Shown piece after piece: positions 23,960 to 37,186 of a stretch of 64,000 bases of DNA (the first letter of the stretch is position 1; every line of letters starts with the position of its first letter). The notes under the pieces were generated by a model. That model ran no database searches. It had not been told where the DNA came from and saw only the letters and a list, made by a program, of their open reading frames with translations. The position numbers and the translations under genes are program-made. This DNA is from Octopus sinensis (taxonomy: Eukaryota): contig NC_043004.1 of NCBI RefSeq assembly GCF_006345805.1, positions 54,436,001 to 54,500,000 of the forward strand. The letters are read 5' to 3'.

Positions 23960-25150
23960 TATTCTTCTAACTGAAATTTATAGAAAAACAAAAGACGAAG
24001 ACAGGTGTATGAACAACAAACAATTGTATTAGTTTCACGCTCGGGAAAAATGAAAAAGTATTTTATGTTTCGAGCCTACGCTCTTCAACGGAAAGTAATA
24101 AGAGGAAATAAACAGGGAGAGAATGAAAAAAAAAACGTGTAGAATTCAATTGTCCAGCATCGCGAATGATGGAATTTTAGGCCGTGGCGAAGGTGGGGAA
24201 GAAGGGTTTGTAATTACGTATGCTGGAAAAGGGAGAAATGGGGAGAGGGAAAAAGAGAAAAAGAAGAAAGCAGCAGAAAAAAGTAATAAGGAGAAAAAGA
24301 AGAGAAAAAGGAAAAGAAAAATGACGAAAAGGAGAAGAAAAGAAGAAAGTAAGATGGTTTTCAATGTGCAAGTCGTTTGACGGTAAGCTGTCATAGTCTC
24401 TAAGATTGAAGTTAATTATAGTCCTGGCGACGAAGTAATATCAGAAATAACAATCAGTGTCATAACTACTTCGAAATATGTGTAGAGTATCCTTTATTCA
24501 TTTGTGTGTGCTTGTCTTCTTTTGGTCTGGAGCAAATGGCTCTGCTTATTAGCCTTCACACGGCCTCCGGAATGAAGCAATTCGACATGGATAAAGTTCG
24601 TCTCGATTAGTTACAAGGAGATGGTTGTAGGGTTTAAAATGTTTACAGAAGTAGAATTCCAGAAGCCCAAGTTTCTGTAGAGGAGAAAGAACTGAGATGT
24701 GTAGTAACTGCCTCTCTCCGCGATGATGTTGACCAATTAGCCACTGAATACCACGGAAGAGAAGCACACTGCGTTGATCGGCACCAATTCGCAGCGCGTA
24801 CGATTTCTCACGGCAAGCGAACAGCTTCTTTTGTCGACAGCCACCCATGCGATCTCGTACAAGCCTTGCTTTCGTTCAATCCACGAAGAGCAACACGCCG
24901 AAAGATGAGTTCACCAAACGAAAATTTTCGATCTTGCAGCCATGCATTAAGTCACTTCGGATATGGGTGGGCATCGCGTAGTGATTTGGTGGGCAGCGAT
25001 GTAGGAGAGGTCCCTGAATCTGACACAATGTTGGTAAAAGGAGGATGAGAGACGAGTGTCTCGAGAGCGCCTAAGTAGAAGTAAAATGAGAGGGGCCATA
25101 TCCGAGGAGAAGAAGCTGTTGCTGTAGGAAAAGCAGAGTGAGGAGACAGC
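23960..25150 (-). mobile_element. Strongly decayed Neptune-like PLE 3' end with pLTR and HHR remnant (24061-24095)
   Basis: Minus strand CTTT-CCGTTGA-A-GAGC(gtag)GCTC-GAAAC-ATA parallels 43456-43490; weak GIY-YIG C-terminal similarity (LL*TF*TLQP vs LIFLLQTLTP); the same pLTR end recurs at 61645-61750. Confidence 0.5.
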
Positions 25151-25519
25151 AAGTTATATCAACCAGTGATTGGATTGTGTTAATGAGCAGTTTCATACAA
25201 ATCCGCTGAGTGGATTTTCTTCAAATGCGGTGTAGGACTTCTATACGATACGAAGGAGCAGTAAAACTACTATTGTGAGTACCACAAGAACTTTGGAAAG
25301 GGTTAATTAGTTGAATGGGGTAAAAGGTGAAGTATTTGCTGACGCTAAAAAGGTTAGTTTTGTGATGCAAATTTCCTTCTACTGAAAATGTGCGATCTCC
25401 AGAAAAGATCGTCAGTGAGCGTAAAACCTGGTGTTTTGGGCGCGATTGCGAGCATAGTGATGACATGTTGTTTACTTTTTAAGAAAGGGTCAGGTAGAAT
25501 ATTCTCTTCATATTGTTTT

Positions 25520-25745
25520 ATTCTTTAATTCTTTTATTTGGTTCCGGCATAGACAGTCGTCATACTGGGGCACCGCCTTCAAATGTTTATTCGATCCAAT
25601 CGCTGCGTTACTTAACCTTTTTAAAGTCTGACAGATATTCTATCGGTCACTCTTGTCAATCCGCTATCTTACACTGACGTTAACAAACCAGCATCACTTG
25701 TCAGGTGGTAGAAAAATCCCCGAAAAACGAGCATGCAAACCCACA
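25520..25745 (-). mobile_element. SINE-C 3' half (older copy)
   Basis: Reverse complement contains GCTGGTTTGTTAACGTC...GACCGATAGAATA...GAAGGCGGTGCCCCAGTATG, like 1375-1500. Confidence 0.6.
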
Positions 25746-25772
25746 TATACATATACATATATAAGCGCCTAC

Positions 25773-26154
25773 GTGGAGGCGCAATGGCCCAGTGGTTAGG
25801 GCAGCGGACTCGCAGTCGTAGGATCGCGGTTTCGATTCCCAGACCGGGCGTTGTGAGTGTTTATTGAGCGAAAACACCTAAAGCTCCATGAGGCTCCGGC
25901 AGGGATGGTGGTGATCCCTGCTGTACTCTTTCACCACAACTTTCTCTCATTCTTACTTCCTGTTTCTGTTGTACCTGTATTTCAAAGGGCCGGCCTTGTC
26001 ACTCTCTGTGTCACGCTGAATATCCCCGAGAACTACGTTAAGGGTACACGTGTCTGTGGAATGCTCAGTCACTTACACGTTAATTTCACGAGCAGGCTGT
26101 TCCGTTGATCGGATCAACCGGAACCCTCGTCGTCGTAACCGACGGAGTGCTTCC
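25773..26154 (+). mobile_element. SINE-B with tail T1 and 8-bp TSD
   Basis: TSD GCGCCTAC at 25765-25772 and 26159-26166. Confidence 0.9.
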
Positions 26155-27479
26155 ATATGCGCCTACAAGCGGAGTTATTCTCCTTGTTCTTTCGTTTGAA
26201 GGAAACAAGATTGTCATGATCCCATTATTCGATAATATTTCCGAGATTCATTTGTTTCTATGATGTGGATGTGCCTTTGCTAGGACTGACCAACTCATTA
26301 GTATATAGTTTATAACATCACATTCTGTTTTTATTTGTGCTGTATCTTTACAGTTATTCGTAAAGTACCTACTAATGGGAGTGTTTCTATACCTCATAGT
26401 TAGACAGAGCATATATGCGGTACCTATTTACGACTATTCCTATTAAACGCACCAGGCTACTTCATTTAGTTATAGCGGTTCTTTATCTCATCTCCAACAT
26501 CATTTTAATGCTAGATGTAGTGTGCGTTATCAGTACACTAATTGCTAGTTTGTCAAACTTTGCTTTATTCTGGTAATAAATTTACAAATAGATATACAGT
26601 ACTAACTATCGGTACCTCTTAATATTTAAATAGAAAGTGCTTACAGGGACAGTGGACAGTGGACAATGGACAGGGCTTGCGGATTCACAGTGTTATACGC
26701 ATTTGCTATCAGATTATCTGAGGTTTCATGAGAGTTGTTTTGTGTGGCCGTTATTGAAACTAGAACCAGGGACCTTGTTTATTCTGTGTCTTTATCAGAT
26801 CTCCTCTCACCCAAGTAATCAGTAAGGAGTGGTGTAGGAAGAATTATAGCGTTAGATTACAAAACGATTTATGGTATTGATCTATAGTATCGATTGATTT
26901 CGCTTGGCTTTATTTGATTTAAAATTTTGTTTTTATTTATATTTTCTTTTTATTTGATTTATTTACGATCGCTACTTCCAATAAAAAGCATTAAAAACCC
27001 TACAGAATGTCCATTAGGAAGGCCAGCAAAAAAGAGAGGGAGCGAGAGAAGATGAGAGGGAGTAGAATGATAGAGAGCGGTTTTCTTTAGATGCTAAACT
27101 ATGCAGACTTAATGTACGGTACAGGGCTAACTCATGGTTAAAGCAAATAGCTTGAATAGAGGGAAACAATTTGGAGCTAATTGCAATTAGATGGTGACAA
27201 AAGAACGACTATAAACTTTATGAATCTCTAATTTGGAAGAGCGATTTTCTCTTGTCAACATAATCACAGGATGGATTCAGAACCTATTGTTTATTGTACT
27301 CCATCAACCTCTCTCGCATTCTCTCTTCTTCATTCTCCTTCTCTTCCTCTATCTTTCTTCATGACTCTCTCTATCTCTCTCACCTTTCTTTCTGTGTCTC
27401 TCTTCTCTGTCTCTTGCTCTCTGGACAAACAGGGAAGCTGTAGTTAGAAGTTAATGTACAAACTATGGTAGTGGTAGCC

Positions 27480-28160
27480 GTTGTTGTTATGTAGGAGGTG
27501 ATAGCGGCGACGGTAGTGGTGAAAATATGCTAAAAGGAACAGAAAAGTTTTGTAGTCGAAGTAATAGCATTTTTTTGACTGATGTTATTGTTCTTGGTTT
27601 TTTTATTTTTACCGTTACTGATGTTGTTCTTGAACTTGTTGTCGATGCTGCTACAGCTGCTGTTGTTGTTGTTATAGTTGTTGTTGTTATTCTTGTTGTT
27701 GTTGTTGTTGTTGTTGTAGCCCAGTCCATTATTATTTATGCTGGCCATACAATCATACATTGTTATTCTGTGATGTTGTTATACAGTTTGACCTTGTCGC
27801 TAATGTTGACTATGAGGGCTGCAATGTGTAGGTTGTTGCCACTGTCGGGGTGGAAAAGGACGAGGAGGAGGGAGAGGAGGAGGAAGGAGAGGGGGAGGAG
27901 GTGGTGGTGGTGGTGGTGGTGGTGGTGGTGGTGATGGTGGTGGTTTGTTGGCTGGAGTAGTAGCAGTGTTGATGTTGGTAATGGCGGTGGTGATATTGTA
28001 TTCATGAAAGATGTATTGTCGATGTTGCTGTTGTTGGCGATGGTGGTAGGGGTGTGGGAATGGTGGTGAGGAGTGGGGGTGTGGCTGCAGTAGTTTTGCA
28101 TTGATGTAGTTGTTGTTGATGATTGTCGGTAGTGGTGGTAGTCATGTGATGGTAGTAGTG
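27480..28160. repeat. GTT/GGT trinucleotide-rich region
   Basis: Direct inspection. Confidence 0.85.
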
Positions 28161-28184
28161 GTAATATTGGTGGTTGTGGTGTGA

Positions 28185-28410
28185 CAGACAGCTGGCAAAA
28201 TAGTTAACGTGCCGGAGTCAATTTGCGCGTCTTTATGTTCTGAGTTCAAATTCCGCCGAGATCGTCGTCTTCACCTTTCATCCTTCCAGAATAGATAAAA
28301 GAAGTACAAGTTGAACACTGGGGTCGAAGTAATCAACTCTTGCTCCACCCCACCCCACCCACCCCAAAAAATTACTGCCCTTGTGGAAAAATTTGAAATT
28401 ATTATTATCG
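28185..28410 (+). mobile_element. SINE-A monomer (diverged, tail a)
   Basis: GCTGGCAAAATAGTTAAC...GAGTTCAAATTCCGCCGAG...GGGGTCGA...CCTTGTGGAAAAATTTGAAATTATT. Confidence 0.7.
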
Positions 28411-29170
28411 ATAAAATAACTACCCTTCACCGAAATTTCTAGCCTTCTGCCAAAATTTAAAGCACTTTAATGGTTGAAGTGTTATTATTGCTGCTGTTGT
28501 TGATGGCAGTGTCTCAGGTGTAGTACTAGTCGTATTATTGGTGGTGGTGACAGTTCTTGTGCTGGTGCTGCTTTTAATGTGGGTGTAGTTTTGGTGATGG
28601 CAATATGGTGGCGACAGAGTTACTTGATTCCTGATTGAACAAGACCTGATCGAACAAACCTATGATTGAAGACATCCCATTCTTAACCATCCCGACTTCC
28701 TAGGTGTTCCTATAAACTACATTATCTAAAATGTTGTTCCCGTTTCTAAGGCAGTTAGCTGTGAAATAAGAGAGTATAGGCTTCTACTTCTAGCAAATTG
28801 AATGAATACGAACAAGTTTAATGCCATGTATAACGAGTGTTGCGGTATTGTACAAGGGGAAACAAAGCGCAATGCAATGATTTTGTGTAGTGTAGCTTGG
28901 TGTTCTATGTGGGACTGAACCATGCGTTTGAGAAGCAAACATCTTACCACACAGCCGCACCTATACGTATATACCTATATGTATGTACATATATGTACAT
29001 ACATATGGTTTTACATGTTTGTATAGACATATGTATCTGCCTGTCTGTCTATCCTTTCATACACACACCGACGAACACGCGTGCGTACGAGTGTGTGTGT
29101 ATGTGGGTGTGTATGTATTTATATATATATATATATATATATACATATATGCACACACACACACACAAAC

Positions 29171-29189
<19 letters not shown>

Positions 29190-29216
<27 letters not shown>

Positions 29217-29448
29217 ATATATGGGCACAGAACGTCACCATCTCTAAACAACATGGAGTACGAAAAACAAACGATTTAAATACACAAAAAAATAAGAGAA
29301 AAGAATGGAAAGCAGGACAAGTTACACAAAGAACGACACTTGATCAGTTGCCGGCTGTCTATCTGCACCTCATTTCTAGCATTCAACGATAATATGGGTC
29401 CTCGAAGCTAGTTGCGCATGCATGAATATGTATGTATATATATAATAT

Positions 29449-29510
<62 letters not shown>

Positions 29511-30118
29511 ATATATATATATATTCATGTATGTGTGAGAGAGTGAGTTGATAGCCCAGTTGATACTAGTAAAGCTAGCTTCACCTAAAACAAACTGGCG
29601 TTTCGTACCCACATACCAAACAGCTAGACGAAGGGGTTTTGTGCATAGGCGTTCGAGTTGCTAGAACTTACTCCTCAGTCATTCAGAACATAGAGACATG
29701 TCGATCTCTTTGCTTCCAGATATCATCATATTCACTACATATTTATTACCAAATCTTGATCTTTTTCTGAATATTGACATAATCGTAAATTAGCAATCAG
29801 AACACAAAGTTTACACGGACCATTCCAAAAGGAATGGTCATTGAAAGTCTATATCCTGCAGTTGTTGATATTTCGATCTCCATGGCCCAGGCAGACAGTT
29901 CTTCAATTTATGAAAATACCAATGTATAGACATTATATCCTATTCATTCTATTCCGTGTATTGTATACACTTATTGCGTTATATAAATTTACGTAATGCC
30001 TTTTTCTTGGATTCTGTATTTTCTATTGACATTCTCTATATGTTTTTCTTGTAATTTTAAAAGAATTTTTCAAAACCGTTCATGTTGTGTGTATTTGTGT
30101 GTGCAAGTGTGTATTGCA

Positions 30119-30158
<40 letters not shown>

Positions 30159-30372
30159 ATATATGGGCACAGAACGTCACCATCTCTAAACAACATGGAG
30201 TACGAAAAACAAACGATTTAAATACACAAAAAAATAAGAGAAAAGAATGGAAAGCAGGACAAGTTACACAAAGAACGACACTTGATCAGTTGCCGGCTGT
30301 CTATCTGCACCTCATTTCTAGCATTCAACGATAATATGGGTCCTCGAAGCTAGTTGCGCATGCATGAATATG

Positions 30373-30449
<77 letters not shown>

Positions 30450-31075
30450 ATATATATATATATTCATGTATGTGTGAGAGAGTGAGTTGATAGCCCAGTT
30501 GATACTAGTAAAGCTAGCTTCACCTAAAACAAACTGGCGTTTCGTACCCACATACCAAACAGCTAGACGAAGGGGTTTTGTGCATAGGCGTTCGAGTTGC
30601 TAGAACTTACTCTCAGTCATTCAGAACATAGAGACATGTCGATCTCTTTGCTTCCAGATATCATCATATTCACTACATATTTATTACCAAATCTTGATCT
30701 TTTCTGAATATTGACATAATCGTAAATTAGCAATCAGAACACAAAGTTTACACGGACCATTCCAAAAGGAATGGTCATTGAAAGTCTATATCCTGCAGGT
30801 GTTGATATTTCGATCTCCATGGCCCAGGCAGACAGTTCTTCAATTTATGAAAATACCAATGTATAGACATTATCCTATTCATTCTATTCCGTGTATTGTA
30901 TACACTTATTGCGTTATATAAATTTACGTAATGCCTTTTTCTTGGATTCTGTATTTTCTATTGACATTCTCTATATGTTTTTCTTGTAATTTTAAAAGAA
31001 TTTTTCAAAACCGTTCATGTTGTGTGTATTTGTGTGTGCAAGTGTGTATTGCATCTGTGTGTGTGGTGTGTGTGT
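29190..31075 (+). repeat. ~940-bp tandem duplication bounded by (TG)n tracts
   Basis: GCATATATGGGCACAGAACG at 29215 and 30157; the copies differ mainly by 1-2 bp indels and TA-tract length. Confidence 0.95.
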
Positions 31076-31501
31076 GTGTGTGTTGTGTGTGTGCGTGTGT
31101 TTGTGTGTGCCTGTTTGTGTGTACGTGTACATGTGAGTCTCAATGTGCATCTGCAAGAGTGTGTAAGTGTATGTCTGCGCACGTGTTATTACTTAAATAG
31201 ATATTGAAATACTGCGATTTGTTTCTAGACGTATACAGCAAACACACACACAAGGCACGCACAAACACAAATACTCTCATATTTTGACACATTCACATAT
31301 GCCAGTGCACACAGACATATACATACATAGAGGAATTATTTTATGAGTATGTACATATATGTGTGCGTGTGAATGAGTGTATGTGTGCTGAGTCTCCATT
31401 TTTACGTGCAACGTGTTTTGTGTGCATATATATATATGTAGTGTATATATATATATATGTGTGTGTATATATATATAATGTATTATATATATATAATATA
31501 T

Positions 31502-31560
<59 letters not shown>

Positions 31561-31731
31561 ATGGGTGTGTGTATGGAGATATTATATACCTGCATGCATG
31601 GATCTTTTATAATTTTCTATTGACACATATTTATTTCGATAACAAAACATCTATCTACTTAAATCTATCTTTCTCTACATATATATGAATGTCAATGAAC
31701 GACTTTATACGTGAATATATGTATATGTATG

Positions 31732-31779
<48 letters not shown>

Positions 31780-31890
31780 CATATAAATAAACACACACGT
31801 GAGTGCATAAGTGTATACACACGCATATACGTACGTATATACATATATATACAGAAATATATATATATATATATGTGTATATATATATGT

Positions 31891-31927
<37 letters not shown>

Positions 31928-32833
31928 AATAGACAGACAGGCAGACTGATAGGCGGGCAGACAGGCAGACAGTTAGAGAGATAGAGAGAGATATGTGTAT
32001 GCTCGTGTGTGCGTGTACGCATGTGTGTGCATTTATGTGTGTGTATGTGTGTGTGTGTATGTGTGTGTTTATGTTAGTTGCCGCAGTTTATACCCCAATA
32101 TATTGCATATGTTGTAATATACATATGTATATGTATCGATGCGTATAAAGACACTATTGATATTTGTACGTAAGTACATCGCAACAAAATGTTGCTTTAA
32201 GATATTTTCATGAAAGATTATCCTCAAAGGGGCAGCAGGAATCGAATTTATAGAAAAGCTATTTGTAGAAAGAATGGGAAAGAAAATATTCTTTCAGATT
32301 ATATGTTAGTATGTTCTATATTTTGCTGTGTTGTAGTTTTCATAAACAAGAATTCATCGTGGAAAAACCTCAACATTGTTTGACGAAAAATTCATATAAA
32401 ACTTGAGTACAAAATTCTCCAAGGAGTATCAACTAAAATGTGACGAAATGAAGAAAATAATAACGAAAAAAGCGTGCATCGACAACGCACTAAAGGTAGC
32501 ATCCATCTTCGTAATGGCGGAAACAATGTTTCTAGTTTTCTGCTTGTACTTCGTCTTCAATGGAGATGTTTCTGACATATTCGTCAATTGGATTCAGTAA
32601 AATTAGCGGTATAGAAAACAATAAGCAAACCAACTCAGGAAAAAACGCTAAAAGATGATGATGATGATGATGATGATAGAAGTTCTGATAATTCGGATCA
32701 TATTCGTGATGATTGTATAGAATACAGTCGAAGGATTTGACGCTTAGATTGGTGTTGGAGAAAGGGTCTAATTGAACCAGTTTCGGTGTGGTGTCTGAGA
32801 AAGTGAGATAGAGAGACAGAGTTTGTGTGTGTG

Positions 32834-32869
<36 letters not shown>

Positions 32870-33489
32870 TATTCACTTTTCCCGCGAAAATGGCTGCGCG
32901 AATTGGTTCCATACTTAGGATGCATGAATAATTTAACTTCAGATACCTCATTGAATTTTTTCATTAAAAAAATATATAATATTGCCCTACGTACACGATT
33001 CACTTCTTTAAAAAGCCTTCTCGATGTCAACTTCCGGATTTAATGTAGCATCAATGATGATTCGTTGCAGGCGATATATTCCGTTTTCATTTGCGAAACC
33101 TCTCACTCTCTATCTTAATGTTTTCATTTCAAGTTTTTTTTTTGCTATTTGCAAACTATGATAAATTACTGAAAGAAATATTTACTAAGTAAGCAAGATT
33201 TTTTTTTATAAATTGAAGTTTTCAACAAATTTTACTTTCTGAACTTCCTTTTAATATTGAATATTCCAAGTTCACAAATTCAAATATTCGGTGGAAGATA
33301 GTTTTTAAAGAGATTTTATTTATACGATTTTTTTCATTTCATGTTAATTTCATTCATTGCTTGCAATGTTCTCTCTCTCATACACACACTGGTTCTCTAA
33401 TATAAACACACACTGTCTCTCTAATATAAGTAATACACAGACACACACTCCAGATTTCATTTCGCTATTATTCAAATATCACATTAGAA

Positions 33490-33930
33490 TTTTGCAATAA
33501 AATCACCAGACGGCTTCGGAATCTGCTCCAACTCTTCTGGACAATCTCTTTGTTTAAGTTGGTGAATGCTGCCATAATCCTCGCCTTCAGTTCAAGTTTA
33601 GTGTTACAAGGAGTTTTGCTGTCTCTCACTCAACTGCGACCCATACTTAATAATCAAGGGTTTTACAGTCTGGGGAGTTAGGTAGCCAGATGTTAGGGGG
33701 GATGTGGTCTCAGAAATTGTCTGACAGCCATGGCTGGGTTCTCTTGCTTTTATGGCATGGTGCAGAGTCCTGTTGTGCGACATAGTCCTTGTGCAGAGTC
33801 TCGTTGCCACCCTCTTAACCGAGGGTAGCACTACCTCGTTCAGGCACTTGATGTAGGCCTGTTTTGAGTCAAAGGCCGTGTGGGAAGATGTATGGTGGCA
33901 TAAGGTTTCCATCACTAGAAGTACTACATA
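33490..33930 (-). pseudogene. Second maT (DD37D) transposase fragment
   Basis: Homologous to 2830-3290 (QQDSAPCHK...DNF..HIPPNIWLPNSPDCKPLDY). Confidence 0.75.
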
Positions 33931-34165
33931 CCAAGAAGTACAGCTTGTTGTTTCCAAATTTCTGACAGAGAGAATTGCGTCATGGTACAGTTTTTCTCAC
34001 AGACAACGCCCAACGAACCCTACTATACTGTGTGGGCGGCAAAATCAAAAACGAAAAATGCGCATGAATGAAATAAGAAAAATATAAAATGGCGACAATT
34101 TACTCATCGCAGACAGTGGCTGTGATAGGCGCGGGAGTGGCTGTGTGGTAAGTAGCTTGCTTACC

Positions 34166-35530
34166 TCATTGCGCATGTGTTTGACAGTGAAGATTTAAGA
34201 CATGTTTTTGAAAGCCTTCTTAAATTGAAGACTTTTGAAACTCAGCCGTAAGTTAAGAATTTTGGGTGTCTAGTGGAGATCTGTTGTATGTCGCAAATTA
34301 TTTTTACAAACAAGAAGTTCTCACTAGACTCTAGTCTGCCTGAGGCTGAGTGAAAATATTATTCACTTAATTGTGAAAATTATTGGTTTGGTGGGCGTAT
34401 CCTGCCAAAATTTTTGTTTGAAAATAGTGCTGTTCCTGTTAAGGAGTACCTAGAAGAAAATTGGAATGATTTTTTAACTGTTTTACAATTGTGTTAAATT
34501 TTGGCCTGGAGTACCAAGTGGCCTTTGCTGTGTTTTGAACTGTTGCTTTCTCTTCTTCTCTCTTTGATTAAAAAAAATTTATTGAACTGTTAATGTTTTT
34601 CTCTCTCCTTCCTTTTGTTTGGACTTTTTTCTCGTTCTTTAATTATTTAATTTTTCTTTAATTATTTTATATTTTAAGAACTGTATGTTTGGATTCTTTT
34701 AAAAAACATGGCAAATAACAATAAAAAGTTGGTGGGGTGGGAAATTACACCACAAAATGGTTAAAAGAACTTGAAAGTAAGACGGTGGTTTCGAAGACCT
34801 ACCCTAGGACCTTCGACGCCATTGCCGTTTTCAGAAAGGATATAATCGAAAGAGAGCTGGCAGAATTTAAGCCAGTGATTAAGTTTATTACTCGGGGGTT
34901 CAAATACACAACCGTGTGGTTGCTGTTTTGACTCCCTAGAAGTGGCCTGTGAATTTGAAAGTCAACCCCTGGAGGGCAATGAAATTTTGTTTCTTCCCAT
35001 TTATTGTGGGAAGAGTTTGACGAGGGCTTGGGTTCGCAGCTTGCAACCCGGAGTTGAGCGCCAGTGTATAGGAGATATTATCCGCCGGGGTAGGGGTGAC
35101 AGTAGCACCAAGCTCCTCAGTGTAAATATTCTGCCTGTGGCTGACTGGGAGGGGTCAAAACAGCTTTTGACCCTATAAACCCAGTCAGCCAAAAGTCTGG
35201 TATTTCCAGACTTTTTGAAAATGGCCGGGTCTAAGTATCCAGTAATTCTTGAGAGACGCCCCCACCCAAGTGTCATCGGTGCTTGAAGCCTGGCCATATA
35301 AAAAAGAACTGTTCTCAAGGGCAAAGCAAAAGTTCCGGAGCGGTTGACGGAGGCCTCTGTAGAGGAGGGAATGAATGCGGCCGAAAAGACGGGGGACTCC
35401 CCAAAGAAGAGCCGCAAAAGGAAGAAGGATAGCAATAATGGGTGCTCACCGAAGGATCTTGGGGATGAGGGAGGGGAGGCGAATCTCTCAGTCACGGAGA
35501 AGACGCAGCCTCCCCCAGTCGAGTTTTTCT
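34166..35530 (+). mobile_element. 5' part of an L1/Tx1-like LINE: 5'UTR + gag-like ORF1 with CCHC knuckle, no ORF2; abuts a SINE-C head (34131-34165)
   Basis: ATG 34708, frameshifted ORF ...KYPVILER/RPPKCHRCLKPGHIKKNC (35271-35312, C-x2-C-x4-H-x4-C) and an acidic/basic tail. Clade assignment is inferred from ORF1 only. Confidence 0.6.
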
Positions 35531-36157
35531 TCCTGTGCTCGTTTTTAAAGTTTTGTGAAAACATTTTTCACAATTCCTTATTAAACTATTACAGATGTAT
35601 CATAGCTTGGTCAGTGTATACGCATACTTACTCACACACAATCACACACATACACTCATATGTATATGTGCGTATTCATGAGTATACATGTGTATAATTG
35701 TATGTATGTGTGTGTATTTATGTGTGTATGTATGTATGTATGTATGTATGTATGTATGTATGTATGTATGTATATATATATATATATATTTAACGAAAAT
35801 ACAGTTAGAGTCATGATGAATGTGCTCCCAAAATTGGAGCGACATGTGAGCTAATTTGAGGAAGTGCATAAATTATATTCATGTACACACACACACATAC
35901 ACACACACATCCTGCCTTTTATACATAGAGATACATACACACAGACACACACACACATACACACAGGCATACACACATATATATATATATATTTGATCTT
36001 TTATATAAATGAAGATATTTCCTTAATCTTGCTGCTTTTCTTTCTACGAAATGAGAAGATACATTGCAGAACTTTTATTTTAACGCGTTGTATCTATTTA
36101 TCACCATTTGAGGCACATCTGAACCGCGTGATGCTCCTGAACCAGTTGTTAAGTATC

Positions 36158-36204
36158 CCACTCGTGAGGGATCGATGCTAGATGTGTCGAAACAATTGTC
36201 GTGA
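36158..36204 (+). ncRNA. Degenerate HHR remnant in a TA-flanked module (~36000-36260)
   Basis: GAAAC-AATT-GTC-GTG with palindromic stem III; core eroded to CTCGTGA. Confidence 0.35.
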
Positions 36205-36306
36205 TTAATAATAGAAATTATCCTATGTTCTATCTTCCATCTTTCATCTTTCATTTACTATATATGTGTGTGTGTGTGTGTATACTTATGTATGTATGTA
36301 TGTACG

Positions 36307-36374
<68 letters not shown>

Positions 36375-37006
36375 ATATATATATATAATATATATATATA
36401 TATATGTATGTATGTATGTATGCATGTATGTATCCATGTATGTATATCAGTTTAATAATCTTGTTCTATTCAGTTAATCATCTTGGGAATCACAAACCTG
36501 AATTAAAACTCACTGAAAGATTTTTGTATTCCATTTTTCATGAATTTCTCTTGAAATATTAATCTCTTTCATATTCTCTAAATAATTTATAAAACCATTT
36601 AATTTTTTTCATATGTATGTGTGTGGAATGGGATATTTAATATTTTTGGTATAATTATGTTTTCTTATTTCTACTTGCAATTTATGTCTTTCTTTTATTG
36701 TGTTACTTATCTATTTTATAAAATCCGTCTTCACCATTATCAACGTTATCAATGTGATACATTCATCTTAGTGTTACCGTTTTTCGAGTGGTTTTTAGTT
36801 GAACGGAAAATGCACGCAATTCAGACCATTTTTCTGCGATTTTTTTAAAAACAGAGATGCCTATGATAAAACATAACATACACGGGAGTACACGTATGTA
36901 GGTATTCAATCAATTATAAACATATATACAAACGCACATAGCTGACACATAGCTTAGCATGCAAAGTTACACGCACAAAATACACACACACACACACACT
37001 CATATA

Positions 37007-37051
<45 letters not shown>

Positions 37052-37186
37052 TATAACTTTCTCCTGAACTTTTTTCCTGAACTTATCTTCCCGTACTTTT
37101 CCTTCTTTACCTTTCTTCTTCCACCTCCATTCTTCCACTTGTGTCACCACCACTTACACCTACATACACATTCACCACTTCCCAAC

